DNA from: a virus
Direction: 5' to 3' (one strand)
Length of the DNA: 33,253 nucleotides
Virus record (IMG/VR): IMGVR_UViG_3300010287_000002
This document shows, in pieces, positions 8,822 through 16,273 of this stretch. The notes under the pieces were generated by a model, which worked only from the letters and a program-made list of their open reading frames with translations, searched no databases and was not told where the DNA came from. The stretch's first letter is position 1. Every line of letters begins with the position of its first letter. The position numbers were made by a program, and so were the translations under genes.

Positions 8822-9271
8822 CTACCAAAGTTCGCATTGTCCCATGCCTCCTCGCAATGTGCAGTCTCTAAGTTGCTGAAGCGTAAAACTTTCCAGATAT
8901 CCAGCACTGCATCTGAACAGAAAAAGAGGTTGCCCTAATCTGTTATATACAATTCTCATAAATATCATCGAACGAGCGCTTAATGGGTCTTCGCACTCGA
9001 CACCTCTATACCTAACGATGTACCTGTCCCCGACTTTCAAACAATTCTTTGCCTTTTCGCCGAAAGATTCCCACGCACCGGCGGCCTTTAGCTTCTCTTT
9101 ATCCTTATCTAAAAATACGCCCGGGTCTCGCTTTGGACCGCTCCCATTCTTGGCTCTCCCTTTTTTGCTCTTTAACTTTTTGCCTTCGCTCTTGTAGATT
9201 ATGCTTCTTCGAAGTTCCCTAAGGTACTCGACTGCTTCAGCACTTATCTCGCGTCGGATTACCTTAGGCAT
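8822..9271 (-). CDS. Hypothetical protein
   Basis: Start taken at MPKVIRRE, whose ATG overlaps the DnaC-like stop (ATGCCTAA). Basic Lys-rich segment; no family recognised. Confidence 0.45.
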   Translation of the reverse strand: MPKVIRREISAEAVEYLRELRRSIIYKSEGKKLKSKKGRAKNGSGPKRDPGVFLDKDKEKLKAAGAWESFGEKAKNCLKVGDRYIVRYRGVECEDPLSARSMIFMRIVYNRLGQPLFLFRCSAGYLESFTLQQLRDCTLRGGMGQCELW

Positions 9272-10064
9272 CAAAAACACTCCTCTCGCCGGCCATGCGC
9301 GAAGCCACAATAACTGACAGCCTCCTGTCTGGTCCTCCCAGCTTATACAACTTGCACGCTCCGGCTATCCTACTGACAATCGCTGGGCCATAATTGTCAA
9401 TGCCAAAATGCTTCTCAAGCTCATCCAAATCAAAGTTGGAGCTAAACACTATTGGCCGGCCAAGTCTAATCCTTTCATCGATGACGTAGTAAAACCTCTC
9501 CGGACCCCAATCGCTTCGGAAGCTTTCTTTGCCTAGGTCATCCCACAACAACACGGGCACGTGAATGTATCTGTCCAAAACCAGCTGTTCGTTGACTCCG
9601 CTCCTGTCGTCATAGGCAAACCTAATCTCCATCAGAAAGTCCGTTGTCCTGCTATAAAGACATTCGACTCCTTCTCTACAAAGTTTGTGCGTAAGCGCAT
9701 GGAGGACGTAAGATTTACCTACGCCGTTCCCAACTGGATTGAGCTTACTCTTCGCAGAGGAGACATAAATACCAATTCCAGACGCGTAATCCCATGTCAT
9801 AAGTTTTTTATAGACTAACCTGTTATGGTCATCAATAACGGCATCTTCAAAGGTATGCTCAAGCTCGATACCACACAGCCCGCTTTTCTTCAACAGTTTG
9901 TGATATCGGACTTTTTTGTAGCATTCCGACACGTCATAGATAACCGTTTGTGGGGTCGGATTTAGCTGGTTGATAGTTACTTCTCCGGTAGAACAGCGAT
10001 TGCACGATATTCTATCGCGCAAGGTGCACTCGCTCGGTTCCTTTATTACGCGCATCTCCGTCAT
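9264..10064 (-). CDS. DnaC/IstB-like AAA+ helicase loader
   Basis: Walker A GNGVGKSYVLHAL and Walker B VLLWDDLGKE. N-terminal CNRCSTGE Cys cluster. Start placed at the ATG/GTG preceded by GAGGTG, just after the replisome-organizer stop. Confidence 0.8.
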   Translation of the reverse strand: MTEMRVIKEPSECTLRDRISCNRCSTGEVTINQLNPTPQTVIYDVSECYKKVRYHKLLKKSGLCGIELEHTFEDAVIDDHNRLVYKKLMTWDYASGIGIYVSSAKSKLNPVGNGVGKSYVLHALTHKLCREGVECLYSRTTDFLMEIRFAYDDRSGVNEQLVLDRYIHVPVLLWDDLGKESFRSDWGPERFYYVIDERIRLGRPIVFSSNFDLDELEKHFGIDNYGPAIVSRIAGACKLYKLGGPDRRLSVIVASRMAGERSVFDA

Positions 10065-10104
10065 CACACTCGAAAACACCTCATGGCGCCAAGCTAACGC
10101 ACCA

Positions 10105-11046
10105 TTAAGACTCGTAAAGGGACTCAAATCTCTTTCGCTTTCCGCCACTACCGACCACCTCCTTGTATTCATCCTCCCAGCCTTTTGCATTTAACCAGGA
10201 GCTTGGATACGGAATAAATTGCCCGCCATCCTTTTGCCAATCCCCCGAGCTTTTTGCTAATTCGAGTCCGTAAAGAATTCTTTGGAACAACTCTTCATCG
10301 GGATTGATCTTCACCCATGCCTTTTCTGCCTGCCCCTTAGATCGCTTCTTGGGATATTTAACCCAAAAAGAGTCGAAACGTCTTTGCTGGGTTATGCTCT
10401 TGAACGGTCTCCTAAGCTGCTCGCTTGATTTTTCTGCAGGATTATATCCCGATACGACAGTCACCTTATTGGCCTCTACGTCAGTATCAGAGACACCATT
10501 AGCTGCATGAGAATCAAGGTCTTGGCCTGCTATTTGATCATTTTCCGGTTCTTTATCGCAACTGTGCGCATCGTGTACTGATGCGCAAGAGTATTTAATA
10601 TCTGTATCTGTATCTGTATCTGTATCTGTATCTGTATCTGGGGGCGTTACAGTAACGGTATTGTAACGGTTATGAAACGTTTCAAAGACGTTACATTGTT
10701 CACTCTGCCTCCCCCTGTAACGTTTCACCCTTTCTGTACTGTCGTCGCTGTTAAACTGTCTCTTGCTCCAGTTGTTTAAAAAGTAGACTCCACATTCATC
10801 TATAGTGATCATATTTTGTTCCAAGAATGCCTTTATTCCCTTCTCCACCTCGTCCAACGGTATCGCAGCAAAATCCGCCAGGTCTTCGTTCGTTATCGGC
10901 ACACTTTCAGAAAGCAACAGCTTCCCCGGTTGTGGCGATTCTCTTGCAAGAACAAGTAGAATGATCCACAACCACCTTTGGCTAGGAGGCAACCTTCTCA
11001 GCTTTCGATCTGATCTTATTTCCGTATACAGGCGAAGCCATTGCAT
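10105..11046 (-). CDS. Phage replisome organizer / DnaD-like replication initiator
   Basis: The N-terminus MQWLRLYTEIRSDRKLRRLPPSQRWLWIILLVLA is typical of the replisome-organizer N-domain. The C-terminus FWVKYPKKRSKGQAEKAW is typical of DnaD-like C-domains. A (DT)n linker lies in between. Confidence 0.75.
   Translation of the reverse strand: MQWLRLYTEIRSDRKLRRLPPSQRWLWIILLVLARESPQPGKLLLSESVPITNEDLADFAAIPLDEVEKGIKAFLEQNMITIDECGVYFLNNWSKRQFNSDDSTERVKRYRGRQSEQCNVFETFHNRYNTVTVTPPDTDTDTDTDTDTDIKYSCASVHDAHSCDKEPENDQIAGQDLDSHAANGVSDTDVEANKVTVVSGYNPAEKSSEQLRRPFKSITQQRRFDSFWVKYPKKRSKGQAEKAWVKINPDEELFQRILYGLELAKSSGDWQKDGGQFIPYPSSWLNAKGWEDEYKEVVGSGGKRKRFESLYES
10599..10640. repeat. Hexanucleotide microsatellite (TATCTG)x7
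   Basis: Seven perfect tandem units, encoding the DTDTDTDTDTDTD linker of the replisome organizer on the minus strand. Confidence 0.95.
10645..10722. repeat. Iteron-like GTAACG/CGTTAC cluster, candidate phage origin
   Basis: CGTTAC at 10645 and 10689; GTAACG at 10652, 10663 and 10717; AACGTT at 10676. This includes the 13-nt perfect palindrome CGTTACAGTAACG. The cluster lies inside the inter-domain linker of the initiator gene. Confidence 0.35.
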
Positions 11047-11074
11047 TGTCAGCCCCCCTTGTAAAACGGGGGCA

Positions 11075-11260
11075 TTACGCCCCCGCGTCCAAGCCAAATC
11101 CGTGCTCGTTCAGCCATCTGCACAGATGCATAGCATCGTCGTTCGAAAGGCGATATTTCTTGACGATATAATTGGTCTGCGGACGGAACTTTAATATAAG
11201 TAGTCCGAAGTCGTCGGGATAGATGGCAAGAGTCTCGGTAATCATGTCGATGCCGCTCAT
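11075..11260 (-). CDS. Hypothetical small protein
   Basis: 61-aa ORF, ATGA-coupled to the RecT stop. Confidence 0.4.
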   Translation of the reverse strand: MSGIDMITETLAIYPDDFGLLILKFRPQTNYIVKKYRLSNDDAMHLCRWLNEHGFGLDAGA

Positions 11261-12135
11261 TGCTCCGCACTCCCGAACAAGTCCTTAGTATTTTCGTCTA
11301 TATCTGACTTTCTTTTAGACGTAGCGCTTTGCATGGCCTCCTTCAGCCTTGCCTCCTCAATGGCCTGCCGCTTAAATGTCTCTATCCGCTCCCGCAGATC
11401 ATCAGGCTGTCTGTTAGCGTTACCCTCAGGTTCCATTTCTTTATTTTCCAATTCATCTTCGCTTCCGCTTGTGGTTTTAAACATATCCTCTACGGCATCC
11501 GCAGTAACCACGCCATCGTCGACAATGTCGGCTTCTATAACTTTGCCTATGTCGTGTATTTCGTCCGTGCTGTACATACCCATCAGGATCTCGGGAGCAT
11601 ATAACCTGCCGAAGAAGGAAGTGGCTCGATAGCAAAGCATTAGGTCCGGCATTGTTTGCCACTTGGATGTTTCATTTCCGTTCCTGTCTTTCTTGGACCA
11701 CCAGCCTTCCTGCTTTGCCATGCCGATCGTAACTTTGGGTCCTTTAAGCAGATTTCCTTTTTTGTCGTATGTCCACGCGTAGCAACCATATTCATCGGTT
11801 CCAGGTTCGCCCACGAATTCATATCGCAGCGGCTCGAAACGTCCACAGGAGTTGATCGCCGCTGCTATAAACGAAGCTGACCACGAGGGTTGCCCCCTGA
11901 TAATGTGAAGGTTTTGCATAACTGCAAAGATACTTGATTTGGTACGCGCCGCCATCTCCATGGCTATCATGCAGTTTGCAATCTTGCCCTGGTACTGCGC
12001 CGGCACGAGGTCACTGGTGGCCAATGCCTTTGCCATCCTTTGGGCCGTCTCGAAATTTCTCACGTTCCCGAATATCCCGCCATTTTCACTTAATACCGCG
12101 ATAGTGTGCTCATTCAATTCGCGCTGTTCCGTCAT
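11257..12135 (-). CDS. recT: RecT/Bet-family single-strand annealing recombinase
   Basis: 292 aa. FETAQRMAKALATSDLVPAQYQGKIANCMIAMEMA...HIIRGQPSWSA is typical of the RecT family. Acidic C-terminal tail; paired with the upstream exonuclease. Confidence 0.8.
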   Translation of the reverse strand: MTEQRELNEHTIAVLSENGGIFGNVRNFETAQRMAKALATSDLVPAQYQGKIANCMIAMEMAARTKSSIFAVMQNLHIIRGQPSWSASFIAAAINSCGRFEPLRYEFVGEPGTDEYGCYAWTYDKKGNLLKGPKVTIGMAKQEGWWSKKDRNGNETSKWQTMPDLMLCYRATSFFGRLYAPEILMGMYSTDEIHDIGKVIEADIVDDGVVTADAVEDMFKTTSGSEDELENKEMEPEGNANRQPDDLRERIETFKRQAIEEARLKEAMQSATSKRKSDIDENTKDLFGSAEQ

Positions 12136-12185
12136 TTACCTTTCCCCCTCTTACCCCTTGGCAATTTTGCTCGCTATCATAGCCC

Positions 12186-12983
12186 CTAACGAGCCCATTT
12201 AGGCAATTCGAGCTCTGCGATATCTTGCGGATATGCTGGCCAGACGTCTGACTTGAGACATTCGGCATATGTAGCCAGGTCCCGTCTGTACTCCTGTCGT
12301 CCACACGCCATCACGTGTGCTGGGACGTTGTATAGCTTCACTGCATATGGCGAGTCCTTCTCGACCGCTACGAATATGAAGGCAAACACCGGGGAACCTG
12401 TCAGGTTGTACCAGATGTCCCTGTAGTATGCCGCCTGCACGTCGTATCGGTAGTAGAACGACGACTTGCCGAACGGTTCCATCCTAGCGTCGGTAGTCGT
12501 CTTTAGATCTGCAATGATGCCTTTCTCTTCGTGCCAAATGTCGGGCCGGCACTTGACGAACACGTCGAACTCCGAGTGCAGCCATATCCCGCTTGCCTCG
12601 TGCACACTTTCCTCGATGAGCTGTCTTGCGATCGGATGCGCCATGACTGAGTCGCGCATTCCTTCTATAGTCTTAAAATCATCGTCGGAAAATATGATGA
12701 CTCCCCTCTTCATTATGTCGTCCCATTCCGCCTTACCTGCCTTGGTGCGCCTGTCTATGCCGGGATTTTGTATGTACCTTTCCTTGAACAAATCTGGCTG
12801 CAGGATAGCCATGTGAAAGGCCGTGCCGAATATGGTGGCCGGCGTTTCCTTAGGTGGCTCCTCCAGCCATACTTTATAGTGAGCAGGGCTTCGATTAATC
12901 TGGTCTAACCCCGACTTCGATATGGCAGGATGGGCATGATAGTCCTCGTTTGAAAGGTCGAGGTGTATTCCTACCTCTTGCAT
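12186..12983 (-). CDS. PD-(D/E)XK exonuclease (RecE/ExoVIII C-terminal-like, DUF3799-type)
   Basis: LSNEDYHAHPAISKSGLDQINRSPAHYK followed by ...IADLKTT (D-x-K). Partner of RecT. Confidence 0.8.
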   Translation of the reverse strand: MQEVGIHLDLSNEDYHAHPAISKSGLDQINRSPAHYKVWLEEPPKETPATIFGTAFHMAILQPDLFKERYIQNPGIDRRTKAGKAEWDDIMKRGVIIFSDDDFKTIEGMRDSVMAHPIARQLIEESVHEASGIWLHSEFDVFVKCRPDIWHEEKGIIADLKTTTDARMEPFGKSSFYYRYDVQAAYYRDIWYNLTGSPVFAFIFVAVEKDSPYAVKLYNVPAHVMACGRQEYRRDLATYAECLKSDVWPAYPQDIAELELPKWAR

Positions 12984-13171
12984 GATTCTTTCTCCTCTGC
13001 GTCAATAGCCTCTTCCCACATTAGCAAGTCCGATTCCCGCCATCTGGTGCATCCCTTCGTCAGTTTGACCGGTGCAGGGAATATCCCCTCGCTTACCCAA
13101 CGCCAGATCGTTGCCCTACTAACCCCATATCTAGCCGCTACTAGTCTGTCTTTCAGATATCGCATATTCAT
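12971..13171 (-). CDS. AlpA/MerR-type HTH protein, candidate excisionase / directionality factor
   Basis: 66 aa. RYGVSRATIWRWVSEGIFPAPVKLTKGCTRWRESDL is the AlpA / HTH_17 pattern. Confidence 0.7.
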   Translation of the reverse strand: MNMRYLKDRLVAARYGVSRATIWRWVSEGIFPAPVKLTKGCTRWRESDLLMWEEAIDAEEKESCKR

Positions 13172-13185
13172 TCTCCCTAAAATAT

Positions 13186-13395
13186 CTAGTCGTCGGCCAA
13201 CTCATTTAGCCGAAGCATATCGTCAACGGTTACGGACGCCAGAAATTCGGGGTCAAGCTTGATACGGTCGTCTGCGCTGCAAAGCATCTCCCTCAACACC
13301 CTTGAACGCCTTTTCGTAATCCGTCCCCTTTTCCAGACGTACGGTCCGCTTATTGTTCCTGATCTCCTCAAGGCTTCCACCATTTTCCCCACCAT
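13186..13395 (-). CDS. Hypothetical early protein
   Basis: Start placed at the internal Met (MVGKMVEAL), which follows the stop of the upstream small ORF. The longer version would overlap that ORF by 59 nt. Confidence 0.35.
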   Translation of the reverse strand: MVGKMVEALRRSGTISGPYVWKRGRITKRRSRVLREMLCSADDRIKLDPEFLASVTVDDMLRLNELADD

Positions 13396-13408
13396 TGCCC
13401 TCGCCTCC

Positions 13409-13591
13409 CTATTTGACTTTTGCCAAAAATTCGCAAGCAGTTTTGCCACACTTCCTGATTTCCTCAATGAATTCGAGCGTTTCCCGATCGTCAGCCGAAT
13501 CGTCGATCAGATCGCTCGCATATCTCAGTACCTCTTCTGGTTCGTCAGACATGTTCCAAATCTTTCTAAGCGACTCAACAAACGCCCGCAA
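13409..13591 (-). CDS. Hypothetical small acidic early protein
   Basis: 60-aa ORF (TTG start; an internal ATG would give 47 aa) with an acidic stretch, DEPEEVLRYASDLIDDSADDRETLEFIEE. First gene after cro. Confidence 0.35.
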   Translation of the reverse strand: MRAFVESLRKIWNMSDEPEEVLRYASDLIDDSADDRETLEFIEEIRKCGKTACEFLAKVK

Positions 13592-13596
13592 AACGT

Positions 13597-13830
13597 CTAG
13601 CGTTGGCTTCCCCCCGTTTTGGGGGGAACTGTAGGGTTTATGAGTTCGTCAATCGTGCAATTAAAGACCTCCGCGAATTTTTCTAAATCCTGTAAACGCG
13701 GTTCCCTGCGGCCATTTTCAAAATTCCAAATAGTCGTTTCGGATAGCCCAACTTTTTCAGCTAAATCCTTTTGTGTCCATCCCATCTTTCCCCTGAAATA
13801 TCTCAAACGTATAATCGTAACCACCCCCAT
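13597..13830 (-). CDS. Cro-like XRE-family HTH regulator
   Basis: LRYFRGKMGWTQKDLAEKVGLSETTIWNFENGRREP is a classic XRE HTH. Divergent from the CI-like gene. Start set at MGVVTII; the longer ORF would run into the promoter region. Confidence 0.75.
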   Translation of the reverse strand: MGVVTIIRLRYFRGKMGWTQKDLAEKVGLSETTIWNFENGRREPRLQDLEKFAEVFNCTIDELINPTVPPKTGGSQR

Positions 13831-13836
13831 ATCATT

Positions 13837-13931
13837 ACATTTGTTATGTTTAATATCAGAATAACCACTATACCAACATTTGTCAAGAGAAAAACCCAAA
13901 ATAATGCAAATTGATCCAATCACACATTTGT
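13837..13931. promoter_or_regulatory. Three operator-like copies of ACATTTGT in the cI/cro intergenic region
   Basis: Copies at 13837..13844, 13876..13883 and 13924..13931. The third sits inside ATCACAcattTGTGAT, which has 6-bp inverted arms. The copies overlap the predicted promoters. Confidence 0.5.
13858..13886 (-). promoter_or_regulatory. PR-like early lytic promoter
   Basis: On the minus strand: TTGACA (13881..13886), 17 nt spacer, TATTCT (13858..13863), reading toward cro. Confidence 0.55.
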
Positions 13932-13939
13932 GATACTTT
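13911..13939 (+). promoter_or_regulatory. PRM-like repressor promoter (weak)
   Basis: TTGATC (13911..13916), then a GATACTTT -10 region after 15-17 nt. AAAGGAGA SD upstream of the ATG at 13959. Confidence 0.35.
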
Positions 13940-13958
13940 TTAAAAAAGGAGACATGAG

Positions 13959-14648
13959 ATGCATATAATAAGTGAGAGGCTTAGAGAGATAAGGAGAAAG
14001 CTAGGTATTACACAAGGAGAGCTGGCATCATTGGTTGGCGTCTCAGAAACTACCGTTTGGAACTGGGAAAACGGCAGGCGAGAACCGCGAAGCTCAGAGA
14101 TAAATAAACTCGCCAAAGTTTTGGGAGTCAGCGTCTCTTATCTTATGGGCGAAACGGACATGGACCATGAAAATGTTAAAAAAAATTCCTTCCAACATGT
14201 AATTGAAATACCCATCCTCGATCCCACGCTCATAGCCTGTGCAGGGAAGGGTAACCATATCGAAAGCGTATACGCAAAAGCAGAAAAAACGGTATTCCTG
14301 CCCGCATCAGACGTGGGCGTCATTTCTGTCGATGCCGACAAGAGACCTTTTGCCGTGGTCGTCGAAGGCGACTCGATGGAGGGTGCTGGCATTTCGGATA
14401 AAAGCACCGTCGTTGTAAATCCTGCCGAGGAGATCTACGACGGCGATACCGTCTTGGTTGCGTTCGGGATCATGCCGCAAATTGCGGTGAAATGGATTTT
14501 CTTCAAAAGGGACGGCGGCATAGAGTTGCGCTCCGCCAATCCGGCATATTCCCCGCTCATATTCTCGAAAGAAGACATAGAAAACGACATGATTAAAATC
14601 CTAGGAAAGGTGATGTACGTTATAAATAAGCCCAAGAGAGGAATATAA
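13959..14648 (+). CDS. CI-like repressor: XRE HTH fused to LexA/S24 autopeptidase domain
   Basis: N-terminal LGITQGELASLVGVSETTVWNWENGRREP. C-terminal VVEGDSMEGAGI (Ser nucleophile) and a downstream Lys (AVKW). Candidate Ala-Gly cleavage site in LIACAGKG. Confidence 0.9.
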   Translation: MHIISERLREIRRKLGITQGELASLVGVSETTVWNWENGRREPRSSEINKLAKVLGVSVSYLMGETDMDHENVKKNSFQHVIEIPILDPTLIACAGKGNHIESVYAKAEKTVFLPASDVGVISVDADKRPFAVVVEGDSMEGAGISDKSTVVVNPAEEIYDGDTVLVAFGIMPQIAVKWIFFKRDGGIELRSANPAYSPLIFSKEDIENDMIKILGKVMYVINKPKRGI

Positions 14649-14666
14649 AAGAGGGGGGTATAAACA

Positions 14667-15296
14667 ATGCCAGAAAATGGCGAGAATAAGAAAAAGGGAA
14701 AAGGAACTGGCATTGGATGCTTAATAATTCTAATAGTGCTGGTTGTAATCGGAATTATGTTATTTAAAGGTGACAGTAGCAATAAATCGTCATCTTCCTG
14801 GCCATCAGCAGAAGTAACAGAAAGAAATATTAGGGCTGCCCTATCACAGAAACCGTCTATAGATCCACTTTGGAAAGATGCAAATTTTGCAGAAAAGATT
14901 ACAAAGATAGAAGTTATCGATCATGCTGCTAAACCAGGGCAGAAGATTATTAACATATGGTACGAAACGGGAGATGCGTGGGACGAAACAGACTTGGTAA
15001 AGAAAGTGGGAGGCACAGCAATACTGATAAACAGCATGCTTTTCCAAAATGATAAAGTAGAATGGGTAACCGTATTTGCGCAAGCCCAAATGACAGACCA
15101 ATATGGTAATACCGAACTGGAACCTGTTATTAAAATTGGCATTACAAGGGAGATAGCAAATAAAGTTAATTGGAAGGGGTTGGCAGAAAAACATGCCGGT
15201 AGCGATCCAGGGAATATTTACAGGATAGCCGATAACTACAATATCCACTACGGGATATTAAAGCGTGTTAAACTTGATAAAATCCGTTTAAAGTAA
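14667..15296 (+). CDS. Single-pass membrane protein with extracytoplasmic domain, function unknown
   Basis: 209 aa. Lys-rich N-terminus, then TM GIGCLIILIVLVVIGIMLF. Starts 19 nt after the cI stop behind an AGAGGGGGG SD. Confidence 0.7.
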   Translation: MPENGENKKKGKGTGIGCLIILIVLVVIGIMLFKGDSSNKSSSSWPSAEVTERNIRAALSQKPSIDPLWKDANFAEKITKIEVIDHAAKPGQKIINIWYETGDAWDETDLVKKVGGTAILINSMLFQNDKVEWVTVFAQAQMTDQYGNTELEPVIKIGITREIANKVNWKGLAEKHAGSDPGNIYRIADNYNIHYGILKRVKLDKIRLK

Positions 15297-15475
15297 GTTG
15301 TCAAGCTAATAGGGGGGTTGCCATGAGATCGGCGAAGTTGCAAACAATTCCGGAACAAGCCATACCATGACCTCCTTTAAGCTTAGCGTTTACGATACCA
15401 ATTAAAAGTTGCTCGACATCATAACTAAGGGATAAATAAAAAGTGGTAATGCAATACAAAGTGAGGTGAGCAGCT

Positions 15476-16153
15476 GTGAAAAAGTGGGTTAAAAGGTTTG
15501 TCCCTATTGGTATTGTCATAGCTGTCATCGCATCGTTCGCCTTTGCTGGCATTGCCTCTCAGAAAGCCCCGTCTGTTCCAAGCACTGCGGAAAAAGCCCT
15601 TGTCGCACGCGTCATAGATGGCGACACCATACAGCTTGATGACGGCAGGAAAGTAAGGCTCATAGGAGTCGACACCCCCGAAACGGTCCACCCCCAAAAA
15701 GAAGTAGAATATTATGGCAAAGAGGCCTCGGACTTCACTAAATCCATGCTCGAGGGCAAGGAAGTTTATCTGGAATACGATATCCAGCCCACTGATAAGT
15801 ACGGTCGCACACTGGCCTATATTTGGCTTTCGGACGGTACTCTTTTCAATGAATTGCTTGTGTTAAAGGGATTTGCACAGGTCTCCACTTATCCTCCCAA
15901 TGTGAAATATGTAGAGCGGTTCACAACAGCACAAAAGAAAGCCATAGAGGCCAATGCTGGGCTGTGGGCTAAGGAAAGCATGGAAAAACCTCAGCCGCAA
16001 GCAAAAGAAATCATCGTCTATATTACAAAAACTGGCAGTAAATATCACAGGGCAGGATGTAAATATTTGAAGAAATCTTGCATACCCATATCTCTGGAAG
16101 ATGCTAAGGCTATGGGTTATACGCCGTGCAGTGTTTGCAATCCTCCACAATAA
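15476..16153 (+). CDS. Membrane-anchored/secreted thermonuclease (SNase family) with C-terminal Cys/His motif
   Basis: GTG start 8 nt after GAGGTGA. N-terminal hydrophobic segment. VIDGDTIQL..VRLIGVDTPE...YGKEA...DKYGRTLAYIW is the staphylococcal-nuclease core. C-terminal GSKYHRAGCKYL...YTPCSVCNP. Confidence 0.85.
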   Translation: MKKWVKRFVPIGIVIAVIASFAFAGIASQKAPSVPSTAEKALVARVIDGDTIQLDDGRKVRLIGVDTPETVHPQKEVEYYGKEASDFTKSMLEGKEVYLEYDIQPTDKYGRTLAYIWLSDGTLFNELLVLKGFAQVSTYPPNVKYVERFTTAQKKAIEANAGLWAKESMEKPQPQAKEIIVYITKTGSKYHRAGCKYLKKSCIPISLEDAKAMGYTPCSVCNPPQ

Positions 16154-16273
16154 GAAAAACAATAGATTAGAAAGGATTTATGAAAGAAGTGTCTTTTTTG
16201 TTGCTTGTTTTAGAGGAGTGATCACTGTGAGTTTGCTAAATGAATACATTAAATAATAAAGGAAGGTAAAAGC

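Noticed and set aside
8773-8907. Longer form of the resolvase-like ORF starting at GTG 8907
   Set aside because: It has no SD and overlaps the upstream gene by 86 nt. The nuclease-like part begins after Met46. This is kept as an alternative rather than fully excluded.
10599-10640. Possible CRISPR-like or satellite array
   Set aside because: The unit is only 6 nt with no spacers, and it lies in frame inside a coding region. It is a simple microsatellite, not a CRISPR array.
14435-15248. Minus-strand ORFs (115 aa, 134 aa, 73 aa) opposite the repressor 3' end and the first cassette gene
   Set aside because: They are hydrophobic, low-complexity translations typical of antisense frames in AT-rich DNA. 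They have no SD and conflict with well-supported plus-strand genes.
16190-16231. 13-codon ORF MKEVSFLLLVLEE in the nuclease/PDZ intergenic gap
   Set aside because: There is no convincing SD. The same bases form a weak AAAGA/TCTTT hairpin plus T-run that more simply explains the region as a weak terminator.
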